A DNA stretch of 64,000 nucleotides from Actinomycetota bacterium (GTDB taxonomy: Bacteria; Actinomycetota; Thermoleophilia; UBA2241): positions 6,997 to 70,996 of the forward strand of contig JAAZAR010000035.1 of NCBI GenBank assembly GCA_012514235.1, given 5' to 3'. Both the position numbers and the translations under genes were made by a program. Below the pieces are notes generated by a model. The model made no database searches. It was not told the origin of the DNA and saw nothing but the letters and a program-made list of their open reading frames with translations. Below, one piece after another: positions 8,183 to 15,999 of the stretch; the stretch's first letter is position 1; each line of letters starts with the position of its first letter.

Positions 8183-10471
8183 TCACCTCCCGCGCTCGCG
8201 CAGCGTCTCGACGACGAACGAGGCGACGTTGATGCCCTTAGTGCCGCGTCCGAAGCCGGCGTCCATGCCCCAGCTCCGGGCGAGCTCGTCGGTGACCTGG
8301 GTGCCGCCGGAGATGAGGATCAGCTTGTCCCGCACCCCCTTCTCCACCGCGAGGTCGGCGAGCTTCTCCATGTTGTTCCGGTGCATGTCGCCGTGCGTGA
8401 TGATCGTGCTGATGAGGACGATCTGCGCCGCGTGCTCGATGGCCGCGTCCAGCACCTTCTCGACGGGGACGCTGGTGCCGAGGTACTCGCACGAGAAGCC
8501 CCACTTCTCGAGACCGCCGTGCTTGATGTCGATGATCTCGCGCATGCCGACCGAGTGTTCGTCCTCGCCGACGGTGGCGGCCACGCACTTGAGGCCTCGC
8601 TCGGCGACGAACGCCCGGATCTCGTCGTCCTTCATCACCACCGGCTCCGGCGGGATCACCAGGCGGGCCGGGTCGACGACGACGTCCAGCCGGCCCTTCA
8701 TCTCGATGAGCGTGCCCTCGGCCGGGTGCATGACCTGCCTGTTGATGACTTCGCAGTCCTGCAGGTTCATGGCCTTGCCGAACTCGAGCGCCGCGAACTC
8801 CGCGACGCGCGGCGCCGCCGGCAGGAACAGCGTGACCACGACCCAGCCGTCGGCCGCCCACTCGACCTCCGGCTTGATGAGCTGCCGCTCGCGGAGCTCC
8901 TTCGTCTGCGCGAGCCGGGCGTTGACGTTGTCCTCCGCGTCGAGCTCGTCGATGAACGGGACCTTGCCGGCGTCGCACAACGTGCACCCGCCGATCAGGT
9001 CGCAGGGCTTCTTCAGCCCGGCCGGAGTGCCCTCGCCGCCCTCGGCGTCGTAGCCCTCCGGCAGGTGGTTCTCGCCGAAGTGGTGGCACACCGGCGCCAG
9101 GTAGTCGGCGGCGCGAGGCACTATCGTGCCCGCCGCCACGCCGCCGTCGCTCTTGCGGGCGATGCCGTCGTCGTGGGTCTCGGGGTAGATGCCGGAGTCG
9201 ACGAAGTACGCCTCCTCGACGGCGGCGAAGTAGCCGCCGTCCTCCAGCATGGCCTCCAGGAAGAGGACGGTGCGTTCCTTGATCTCGCGCACCTTGGCCT
9301 TCAGCTCCGGCGCCTCGCGGTCGATCTTGACCATCTCGCGCAGGCCGTCCATGCCGATCAGGCTCTGCTTGGCCGTGTTCACCGCCGCGACGTTGTTGTA
9401 GTGCCAGGGCACGTTGCGGCCTTCGTCGGGCGTGATCGTACTCTGGATGTCGGCGCTCGTGAGACGGCTGATCATGAGGTTCATCACGTGGCTGACCGTG
9501 GCGTCGCGCCCGTCGGCCTCCATGTAGCGCGTGTTCTCCTGGGCGCGCATCTTGTAGTCGCCGAACAGGTCGCGCAGGGCGACCGCGTAGGGCAGGTCCA
9601 TGCGCATGCAGGGGGCCGGAGCGGCGTCCGGCGGCACGGTGCTCAGGCAGATGTCCTCGGCCGGCATGCCGACAGAGACGGAGTAGCGGCAGTTGATGGC
9701 GTGCTGCACGAGCAGCTCGGGCATCACGTTCCACGCCTCGACGGCCGTGGCGTTGGCGTTGTGGGCGCCGTCGATCTGCGCCATGCGCACGCTGGCCATG
9801 ACGTGCTTGGCCACGGCCGCGTCCACGAAGCTGCGGTACATGTTGATGTTGCGGTAGAGGACGTTGTACTGGGGATCCTGATGGGCCCCGTTGACGCCCT
9901 CCTCGGCGAACATGACGGCCATCTCGGGGCCGGCGACGCCGCTGACGTAGCTGTGGAAGTTGATCGGCCTGCCCACCTCGTCCTCGATGAGGTCGAGCGC
10001 CTTGCGTGTGGCGCGGACCTGCTTGCGCGTGACGGCGATGCCGCCGACGCCTTCGGGTGTGCCCTCGAGCAGGCCGTCCATGTGGCTCTGGCCGGCGGTG
10101 CGGATGACCATCATGTGGTCCGCACCGTGCCAGGCCGCCATGCGCATGCGGCGGATGTCGTCCTCGAACCGCCCGGAGGCGATCTCGGTGGTCACCACGC
10201 AGTCCGGCTGCGGGTCGATGTCGCCGAAGTAGTGGGCGGCCGGCAGCGGGATGCTGCGTTCGAGGCCCTTCGACGTCTCCTTGTAGGTGAACTTGTGCAG
10301 CCGCTGGTCCGGCACGGGCTCGCGCCAGTGCCAGCCCTTGCGCCGCGGGCGGTAGTGCTCGAGGTCCCGCAACAGGGCCTCTACGTCGAGCTTCTCGTCC
10401 GGGTCGAGCGGCGGCAGGCCCACGCCGGCCGCCGCGCCGCCCTCGGGGCGCGTGTCGTCAGGCTTCATCGC
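8183..10471 (-). CDS. oraE: D-ornithine 4,5-aminomutase large (E) subunit, adenosylcobalamin- and PLP-dependent
   Basis: About 763 aa from the internal ATG at 10471. The Arg-rich N-terminal 56 codons of the ORF look like a GC artefact. The C-terminal Rossmann B12 domain carries the DxHxxG motif (DEHSVG). It is paired with a 120-aa S subunit and with ord/ortAB. Confidence 0.75.
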   Translation of the reverse strand, partial: AMKPDDTRPEGGAAAGVGLPPLDPDEKLDVEALLRDLEHYRPRRKGWHWREPVPDQRLHKFTYKETSKGLERSIPLPAAHYFGDIDPQPDCVVTTEIASGRFEDDIRRMRMAAWHGADHMMVIRTAGQSHMDGLLEGTPEGVGGIAVTRKQVRATRKALDLIEDEVGRPINFHSYVSGVAGPEMAVMFAEEGVNGAHQDPQYNVLYRNINMYRSFVDAAVAKHVMASVRMAQIDGAHNANATAVEAWNVMPELLVQHAINCRYSVSVGMPAEDICLSTVPPDAAPAPCMRMDLPYAVALRDLFGDYKMRAQENTRYMEADGRDATVSHVMNLMISRLTSADIQSTITPDEGRNVPWHYNNVAAVNTAKQSLIGMDGLREMVKIDREAPELKAKVREIKERTVLFLEAMLEDGGYFAAVEEAYFVDSGIYPETHDDGIARKSDGGVAAGTIVPRAADYLAPVCHHFGENHLPEGYDAEGGEGTPAGLKKPCDLIGGCTLCDAGKVPFIDELDAEDNVNARLAQTKELRERQLIKPEVEWAADGWVVVTLFLPAAPRVAEFAALEFGKAMNLQDCEVINRQVMHPAEGTLIEMKGRLDVVVDPARLVIPPEPVVMKDDEIRAFVAERGLKCVAATVGEDEHSVGMREIIDIKHGGLEKWGFSCEYLGTSVPVEKVLDAAIEHAAQIVLISTIITHGDMHRNNMEKLADLAVEKGVRDKLILISGGTQVTDELARSWGMDAGFGRGTKGINVASFVVETLRERGR

Positions 10472-10827
10472 GCCCCTCCCCACTTCTGCTCGACCGTGTC
10501 CCAGCCCTCGCCGACGGCGAGCCGGCGTGCGGCCTCGGGCGCGGCGCAGTCCCACGTGGTCGCGCAGTGCAGCACCACGTGCCCGGCGCCGTGCCCCAGC
10601 AGGCCGCGCTTCTCGCACTCGCCGACCACCGCCAGACACGTCGGCGAGTCGACGCCCATGCGCATGAGCACCGAGCGCTCGATGCTCGGACTCGTGTGCG
10701 TACGGGCGAGCTCGACCATCGGGTCCACGACCCGCTGCGCGAGCTCCCAGAACCGCGCCTCGAGCTCCTCGTCGCTGAGCTCGGCGAGGTGCCCGCGGAT
10801 CTTCAGGTACGTGTCCTCGCGGGCCAT
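10465..10827 (-). CDS. oraS: D-ornithine 4,5-aminomutase small (S) subunit
   Basis: 120 aa, the size of OraS. Its stop overlaps the oraE start (translational coupling). Position within the or-cluster also supports the call. Confidence 0.7.
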   Translation of the reverse strand: MAREDTYLKIRGHLAELSDEELEARFWELAQRVVDPMVELARTHTSPSIERSVLMRMGVDSPTCLAVVGECEKRGLLGHGAGHVVLHCATTWDCAAPEAARRLAVGEGWDTVEQKWGGAR

Positions 10828-10828
10828 C

Positions 10829-12241
10829 TCAGCCCTCCCTCAGCTCGGCGATCGTCGCCTCCACCGTGTCCGGGTCGGACTTGGTGTCGGCGGCCAGGAA
10901 CTCGATGTCGTCCGACGTCGGCGCATACCCCTCGGGGGCATTCCTGAGCGCGTTGCGGATGTAGCTCTTACGCATGCGCGCCAGGTCGAAGTCCGTGGCG
11001 CGGATCTGCTCGATCCGCTCCGGGATGACGATGACCTCGCCGGGCACGTTCTCCGCGGGATCGCCGGCGCGCACCTCGACGCCCATCTCCCTGGCGAAGT
11101 TGAGCTGGCTCCAGTGGTGCTTGCCGGCGCCCGTGTACTCCGTCTCCTGCACGACCACGGTCGCGTCGCGCGGCAGGTCACGGGCGAGGCTCACGGCCGC
11201 GGTCATGGCGGTGTTGCCGGCCGGGCCGCGCTCGAGGCCTTCCAGCTTGGCCATGGCCTCCGTGATGTAGAACACCTCGCCCTGGGTCACCGTGAGGTAG
11301 CGGTCGATGTACCGGAGCGGCCGGGCCGCGTTGCGCGGCACGTCGGCGCGGTCCGGCCACGTGGCGAACGGCACGCCGAACCCGGTGTGGCCGGTGGTGA
11401 AGCTCTTGCGGTTGAAGTCGACGTCGCTGGCCATGTGGAGCCCGCTGAGGTCGACGGACGCGCTGACGATCTGCGTGTCCGTGGCGCCGGCGCACTCCAG
11501 GCCCCGCGCCGTGCCGGTCGTGTTGCCGCCGCCGGCGTGGGTGACCACCACGTGCGTCGGCGGCGCGCCCGTGAGGTGCTCCATCTCACGGGCGATCTCC
11601 ACACCGAGCGTCTCGATGCCGCTCACGCCGAAGCTGCTGTAGAGCGATGCGGCGAAGTACCCGGTCACGTCCAGCAGCTCTACCATGTGGAAGAAGAGTT
11701 CCGGGCCCACGGTGAGCTGCACGACCTCGGCGCCGTAGCTCTCGCAGATACGGCCCTTCTCGACGATCTCGGGCTGGCCGACGTGCCGGCTGTCGAAGGT
11801 CTCCTGGACGATGATGCACTTGAGGCCGTTGCGCGCCGCCTGGCTGGCGACGGCGGCGCCGTAGTTGCCCGACGTCGCCGCGATGACGCCCTCGTAGCCC
11901 TTCTCCTTCGCGACGAAGATGCTGACGCTGGCGCGCCGGTCCTTGAAGGCGCCGGCGAGGTTGGCCGCCTCGTCCTTCACGAAGATGCGCGCACCCTTGC
12001 CGGGCTCGCTGATGCTGCGCACGAGGTCCGTCAGGTTCTTCAGCTCGAGAAGCGGCGTGGAGCCAACGCCGGCCCGCGTCTGGATGGAGACGATCTCGTC
12101 CAGCGAGTAGCCGTGCGCGCCCATCATGCGCTCGTAGTCGAAGGCGATGGGGCTCAGCTCGAACTCGCTGTAGTCCATGCCGAGCGCCTTGCGCATGATC
12201 TCGCCGCGGCGCGCCATGATGGCGTCGAACTTGCTGGCCAT
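10829..12241 (-). CDS. ortB: 2-amino-4-ketopentanoate thiolase beta subunit (PLP-dependent, tryptophan-synthase-beta fold)
   Basis: 470 aa with a fold-type II PLP enzyme signature (KDEAANLAGAFKDR with the PLP-binding Lys; SGNYG). It is adjacent to the small alpha subunit and to ord. Confidence 0.75.
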   Translation of the reverse strand: MASKFDAIMARRGEIMRKALGMDYSEFELSPIAFDYERMMGAHGYSLDEIVSIQTRAGVGSTPLLELKNLTDLVRSISEPGKGARIFVKDEAANLAGAFKDRRASVSIFVAKEKGYEGVIAATSGNYGAAVASQAARNGLKCIIVQETFDSRHVGQPEIVEKGRICESYGAEVVQLTVGPELFFHMVELLDVTGYFAASLYSSFGVSGIETLGVEIAREMEHLTGAPPTHVVVTHAGGGNTTGTARGLECAGATDTQIVSASVDLSGLHMASDVDFNRKSFTTGHTGFGVPFATWPDRADVPRNAARPLRYIDRYLTVTQGEVFYITEAMAKLEGLERGPAGNTAMTAAVSLARDLPRDATVVVQETEYTGAGKHHWSQLNFAREMGVEVRAGDPAENVPGEVIVIPERIEQIRATDFDLARMRKSYIRNALRNAPEGYAPTSDDIEFLAADTKSDPDTVEATIAELREG

Positions 12242-12624
12242 CAGCGCTCACCGCCTTCGGCCGGCGCGCCCGGTGAGGCCGGTGTTCCGGGAGCCAGACC
12301 GGCCTCCTGCCGCCTGAAGGCCGCGAGCCGGGCACGCAGGTCGCGGCCCACATGCGTCAACTCCGGGATCGGCGAGCCGTAGGTGATGTAGTAGCCGGGG
12401 TTCACCGCCGAGAGCGTGCCCACGACCCTGCGGCCGGTGATCGTCTCCACGGCGAGCTCTTCGCCGACGGCAGCCTCGCCCTCGGCGAACCCCTTGACCC
12501 ACATCATGAGCGGCTTCTCCGCCGTCTCCGGCGGCAGGTTCGCGCTGCGGTCGGCGGGGTCGAGCAGCTTGACCTCGATCTCGACCCAGTCGCCCTCACG
12601 GGCGGCGCGGATGTCGTCCGTCAT
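12241..12624 (-). CDS. ortA: 2-amino-4-ketopentanoate thiolase alpha subunit
   Basis: Small (about 100-127 aa) protein directly 5' of ortB, with a start/stop overlap at 12241. This matches the OrtA size and position. Confidence 0.6.
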   Translation of the reverse strand: MTDDIRAAREGDWVEIEVKLLDPADRSANLPPETAEKPLMMWVKGFAEGEAAVGEELAVETITGRRVVGTLSAVNPGYYITYGSPIPELTHVGRDLRARLAAFRRQEAGLAPGTPASPGAPAEGGER

Positions 12625-12634
12625 GCAGGCCTCC

Positions 12635-13645
12635 TCACACCGTCGGCGTCCAGAAGCGCGGCAGCGGCATGTCCACCACGGTGAGCATGCCGGCCGGCGC
12701 GTCCTTCACGAGAGGGATGTAGTTGCCCGTGCTGGCGTAGGTCCCCTTGCCGCCCGGGATCTCCGGCTTGTTGCCCATGGTCACGTTGGGGTCGCCGTGG
12801 ATCTCGATGTAGTCGCCGGTCTCGACGCCGGCGAGCTCCGGGTGGATCTGCTGCGGGTGGATGAGCTCGATCTTGAGCTCGTCGCCCACGTAGCCGCGGC
12901 CGATGTGACGGCAGCCGGCCACGTCACCGGGCGCCACGTGCACGTGCGGCGTGGAGCGCTCGACCTCGGTGACGATCGGCTCGCGGGTCTCCTCGACCCG
13001 GTCGATCCTCCACCCCAGCGCCCGGGCCATGAGCCCGATGCTCTCGGGGAAGCCGATGTGGCCGACGATACTGCCCTCGGCGACGCCCTTCTCGAACTCC
13101 TCTACGGTGGTGCCCACCCCCTGGCCGTTCAGCACGGTCGGACCGAAGGGCGAGAGGTCGTTCACGCGCGTCGCGACGATCCTGTCGACGCGCAGGCACA
13201 CGGAGCTCCACATGACGACGAGCGCGTCGAGCATGAATCCGGGGTTGATGCCGGCACCGAGGCAGGTGACGTCGTTCTCCTTCGCCACCGTGTCGAACAG
13301 CTCCGCGCGCTCGGGATCGCTCGCCCACGGGTAGCTCATCTTCTCCGCGATGCAGATGACGTCGCAGCCGGCCCGAAGCGCGGGCAGCACCTGCGGCTCC
13401 ACCTCGTGGAGGTTGCTCTGCGTGCAGATGCAGACCACGTCGGGCTTGCCGGCGAGTACGGCCTCGACATCGCTGGTCATCTTGACGTCGCACGGACGGC
13501 CGAGCAGCTCGCCGACGGACATGCCCTCCCTGTCCTGGTACGTCTCTATGACCCCGACGAGGTCGATGTCCTTCGGGCGGTCCAGGATGTAGCCCAGGAG
13601 GCCCTGGCCCATCATGCCGGTGCCCCACGCAGCGACCTTGATCAT
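12635..13645 (-). CDS. ord: 2,4-diaminopentanoate dehydrogenase (dihydrodipicolinate-reductase-like NAD(P) enzyme)
   Basis: 336 aa with an N-terminal Rossmann motif AAWGTGMMGQ. It belongs to the DapB-like family and is the first gene of the ord-ortA-ortB-oraS-oraE-oraL string. Confidence 0.7.
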   Translation of the reverse strand: MIKVAAWGTGMMGQGLLGYILDRPKDIDLVGVIETYQDREGMSVGELLGRPCDVKMTSDVEAVLAGKPDVVCICTQSNLHEVEPQVLPALRAGCDVICIAEKMSYPWASDPERAELFDTVAKENDVTCLGAGINPGFMLDALVVMWSSVCLRVDRIVATRVNDLSPFGPTVLNGQGVGTTVEEFEKGVAEGSIVGHIGFPESIGLMARALGWRIDRVEETREPIVTEVERSTPHVHVAPGDVAGCRHIGRGYVGDELKIELIHPQQIHPELAGVETGDYIEIHGDPNVTMGNKPEIPGGKGTYASTGNYIPLVKDAPAGMLTVVDMPLPRFWTPTV

Positions 13646-13696
13646 GTCACGCTCCTGTTCACGAGTGCGCCGCTGTCGACGCTGGCTCTCATTCCT

Positions 13697-13713
13697 GCAT
13701 ACGGATTATGCAG
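13697..13713. promoter_or_regulatory. Perfect inverted repeat TGCATA-N5-TATGCA in the promoter region upstream of ord; candidate operator
   Basis: TGCATACGGATTATGCA read directly at 13697-13713. It lies 52 nt upstream of the ord start codon, in the 349-nt intergenic gap. Confidence 0.3.
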
Positions 13714-13994
13714 CAATGGGCAAGACTCGCCCACGGCCGGCGCTCGGTGCCGAAACGGCGCCGGGAGGTCGTAGGAGGCTACCCGTGCTGCGGGCGGATT
13801 CGCCGGCGCGGCGCGGCGCGCCTCAGGCGCGCCCGGCCGGCGTCACGAGCGTGATGCTGGAGGAGGCTGGTCGACCGTGTCGTGTGCGAGGATGCTGAGT
13901 TCCTTCCCCATCGCACCTCCTCTGGTCGACTCCCGCCGGCGGGCGCCGGCGACCGGGTCCAGACTACGTGGCGTCCCTGACGGCCGTCAACTCC

Positions 13995-14861
13995 TCACGC
14001 CAGGGTGAACGCCACCACGCCGGCGATCATGCAGAGGACGCCGGCGAGCCGCGTCGCCGTGACGCGCTCGCGCAGCACCCAGGCGCCGTAGAACACCCCC
14101 ACCATCATGGAGACCTCGCGGAGCGGGGCGACGTACGCCAGCGGGGCGAGCCTCAGCGCGAAGAGCACGAGCGTGAACGCGACCGGCGAGAGGATGCCCA
14201 CGGTGACGATCTGCCTCCGGCTCTGGCGCCACTCCGCTCCGAGGCACGCCGGCTCGCGGAGGGCGAACGGCGCCATCACGACCGCGGTGAGCACGAGCGA
14301 GAGCAGGAAGAAGACGAGCGGGCTGAGGCCGAGACTGGTGACGGCCCAGGCGTCGATCACGGTGTACGTGGCGATCCAGAGCCCCGTCAGCGTACCCCAG
14401 CCGACCCCCGCCGACCGCTTCCGCGATCCAGGAGCCGAGACAAGACCCGAGACGAGCACGATACCGACGAGGACGGCGCCGATGCCGACCGATCCGGCGA
14501 CGCCCGGCCGCTCTCCGAAGAGGAGGACCGCGGCCGCCACCGCGAACAGCGGCCCGGTGCCGCGCGCCACCGGATAGACGACCGAGAGGTCGCCGTGCCG
14601 GTAGCCGAGCTGGAGCAGCAGGAAGTACACGCCGTGGACCACTCCGCTGGCCACGACCGCGATCCACGCGGAGAGGCCCATCGACGGGGGGTCCACGGCC
14701 CACGAGACCAGGCCGAAGGGCAACGCCAGCCCCATGCTGACGACGCTCATGAGCCAGACGAAGGCGACGCTGTCGCCGTCGGACGCCCGTTTGGCACTCA
14801 GGTTCCAGGTGGCGTGCAGGACGGCTCCCGTCACGACCAGCGCCAGAGCGAGCGGACTCAC
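13995..14861 (-). CDS. EamA/DMT-family transporter (10 TM)
   Basis: 288-aa highly hydrophobic protein with duplicated EamA-like halves. It is immediately upstream of the or-cluster promoter and could import or export substrate. Confidence 0.65.
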   Translation of the reverse strand: MSPLALALVVTGAVLHATWNLSAKRASDGDSVAFVWLMSVVSMGLALPFGLVSWAVDPPSMGLSAWIAVVASGVVHGVYFLLLQLGYRHGDLSVVYPVARGTGPLFAVAAAVLLFGERPGVAGSVGIGAVLVGIVLVSGLVSAPGSRKRSAGVGWGTLTGLWIATYTVIDAWAVTSLGLSPLVFFLLSLVLTAVVMAPFALREPACLGAEWRQSRRQIVTVGILSPVAFTLVLFALRLAPLAYVAPLREVSMMVGVFYGAWVLRERVTATRLAGVLCMIAGVVAFTLA

Positions 14862-15255
14862 GGACGGCCGCCGAGGTCACGAAGGGTCACGGCCGTCTGT
14901 CCGGGGACCGCGCCAGAAGAGAGTCCGTACATGGCCGTAGTCTACGCCGCCGCGGCGGCCGAAACCCGGCGACGAGAGCTGCTCGTCCGATCCGACCCGC
15001 GGCCTAAGCGTCATCCCAGCCGGACCGTGACCGGCGGCGTCGCTCGCCCGTCTCCGAAAGACTCCTCGTTCGCGTCGATGGCGGCGAGCAGGCGGTCACG
15101 GTCGGTGACGGGACGCCGCCCGACTCCGCGGATCGCCGCCGCCGGAAGAGCTCGTGCGTGCTGGAGGGCCGGGCTGGGCCGCGGCGGCGGCACGCCGGCG
15201 ACAGGTCACGGATGCGAGCCGACCGTACTCCGAGGAGGCCCGGCCGCATCTCGCC

Positions 15256-15993
15256 TCAGCGAGCCGCCTCCACGATCGCCGCCGCGACGGCGACGTCGTC
15301 CGCGGCAGTCGTCGCCGGGCCACCGGGCAGGAAGACGTCGGCGACCCGGACGGCGAGCACGGCGAGCTGAGCCGGGTCGTCCGGGACCGCGCCGCCCGGA
15401 AAGACGGCCGCATGGGCGGGGATCCATCGTGCGGCAGCGGCCACGGCGGCGCGCCGGTCGCTGTCGCCGGGCGCGATGCACGAGAACCTCCAGCGCCGCG
15501 CCCGCTCCGTGATCTCCGGCCGGTCGGCTTCGATGCCGGCGGCGGCGAACACGCGGCAGTCGTAGGTGCGACAGGTGAGGGGCCGGCGGTCGTAGATGGT
15601 GCACAGACCGCTCTCGTCCAGGAGGGGACAGCGGCCACGGTCGTCGAACGGCAGCACGACGTGCCCGGCCGGCCGATCCGGCGCGGCGAACAGCAACTCG
15701 GCGGGCACCGCGGCCAGCGTCTCGACCTCGTCCGGGCCGATGTGCACGAAGTGCGACGTGGAGCAACAGGCACAGCAGTCCCCGCAGGGAACGTCCGCGT
15801 CGGCCTCGTGGAGCAGGGCGGCGCGCAGACGTTCGATCCACTCGCCGAACTCGCCGGCCGGCAGGTCGCAGGCTCCGCTGTCGGTCTCGCAGCTCACACG
15901 AGACACCGTGCCGCCCGGCGCTCCTGGCGTCAAGCCCATCTTCATGCGGTAGTAGGCCAGACTGACGTGGCGCTCCGGCCGCGCGGGCTGCAA
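15256..15993 (-). CDS. YkgJ-family Cys-cluster (zinc/iron-chelating) protein
   Basis: Contains CGDCCACC, a variant of the CxxCxxCC motif, plus GLCTIYDRRPLTCRTYDC, which matches the PF03692-type pattern. Confidence 0.55.
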   Translation of the reverse strand: MQPARPERHVSLAYYRMKMGLTPGAPGGTVSRVSCETDSGACDLPAGEFGEWIERLRAALLHEADADVPCGDCCACCSTSHFVHIGPDEVETLAAVPAELLFAAPDRPAGHVVLPFDDRGRCPLLDESGLCTIYDRRPLTCRTYDCRVFAAAGIEADRPEITERARRWRFSCIAPGDSDRRAAVAAAARWIPAHAAVFPGGAVPDDPAQLAVLAVRVADVFLPGGPATTAADDVAVAAAIVEAAR

Positions 15994-15999
15994 CGCCCG

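Noticed and set aside
8238-9734. 498-aa minus-strand ORF in an alternative frame of oraE
   Set aside because: It is in the same region as the OraE frame, which carries the DxHxxG B12 motif. The alternative frame is poly-Arg/Gly/Pro and is artefactual.
10472-10639. N-terminal 56 codons of ORF 8183..10639
   Set aside because: This Arg-rich stretch (MSGGGRRVREARPAGARRRARG…) overlaps the OraS gene out of frame. The start was moved to the ATG at 10471.
7721-12382. 1553-aa plus-strand ORF spanning the whole ornithine cluster
   Set aside because: It is antisense to six clearly recognisable genes. Long open antisense frames are expected at about 70% GC, and the translation has no domain.
13968-15512. 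514-aa plus-strand ORF over the EamA gene
   Set aside because: It is antisense to a convincing 10-TM transporter. The translation is Arg/Asp/Gly/Pro-rich with no domain.
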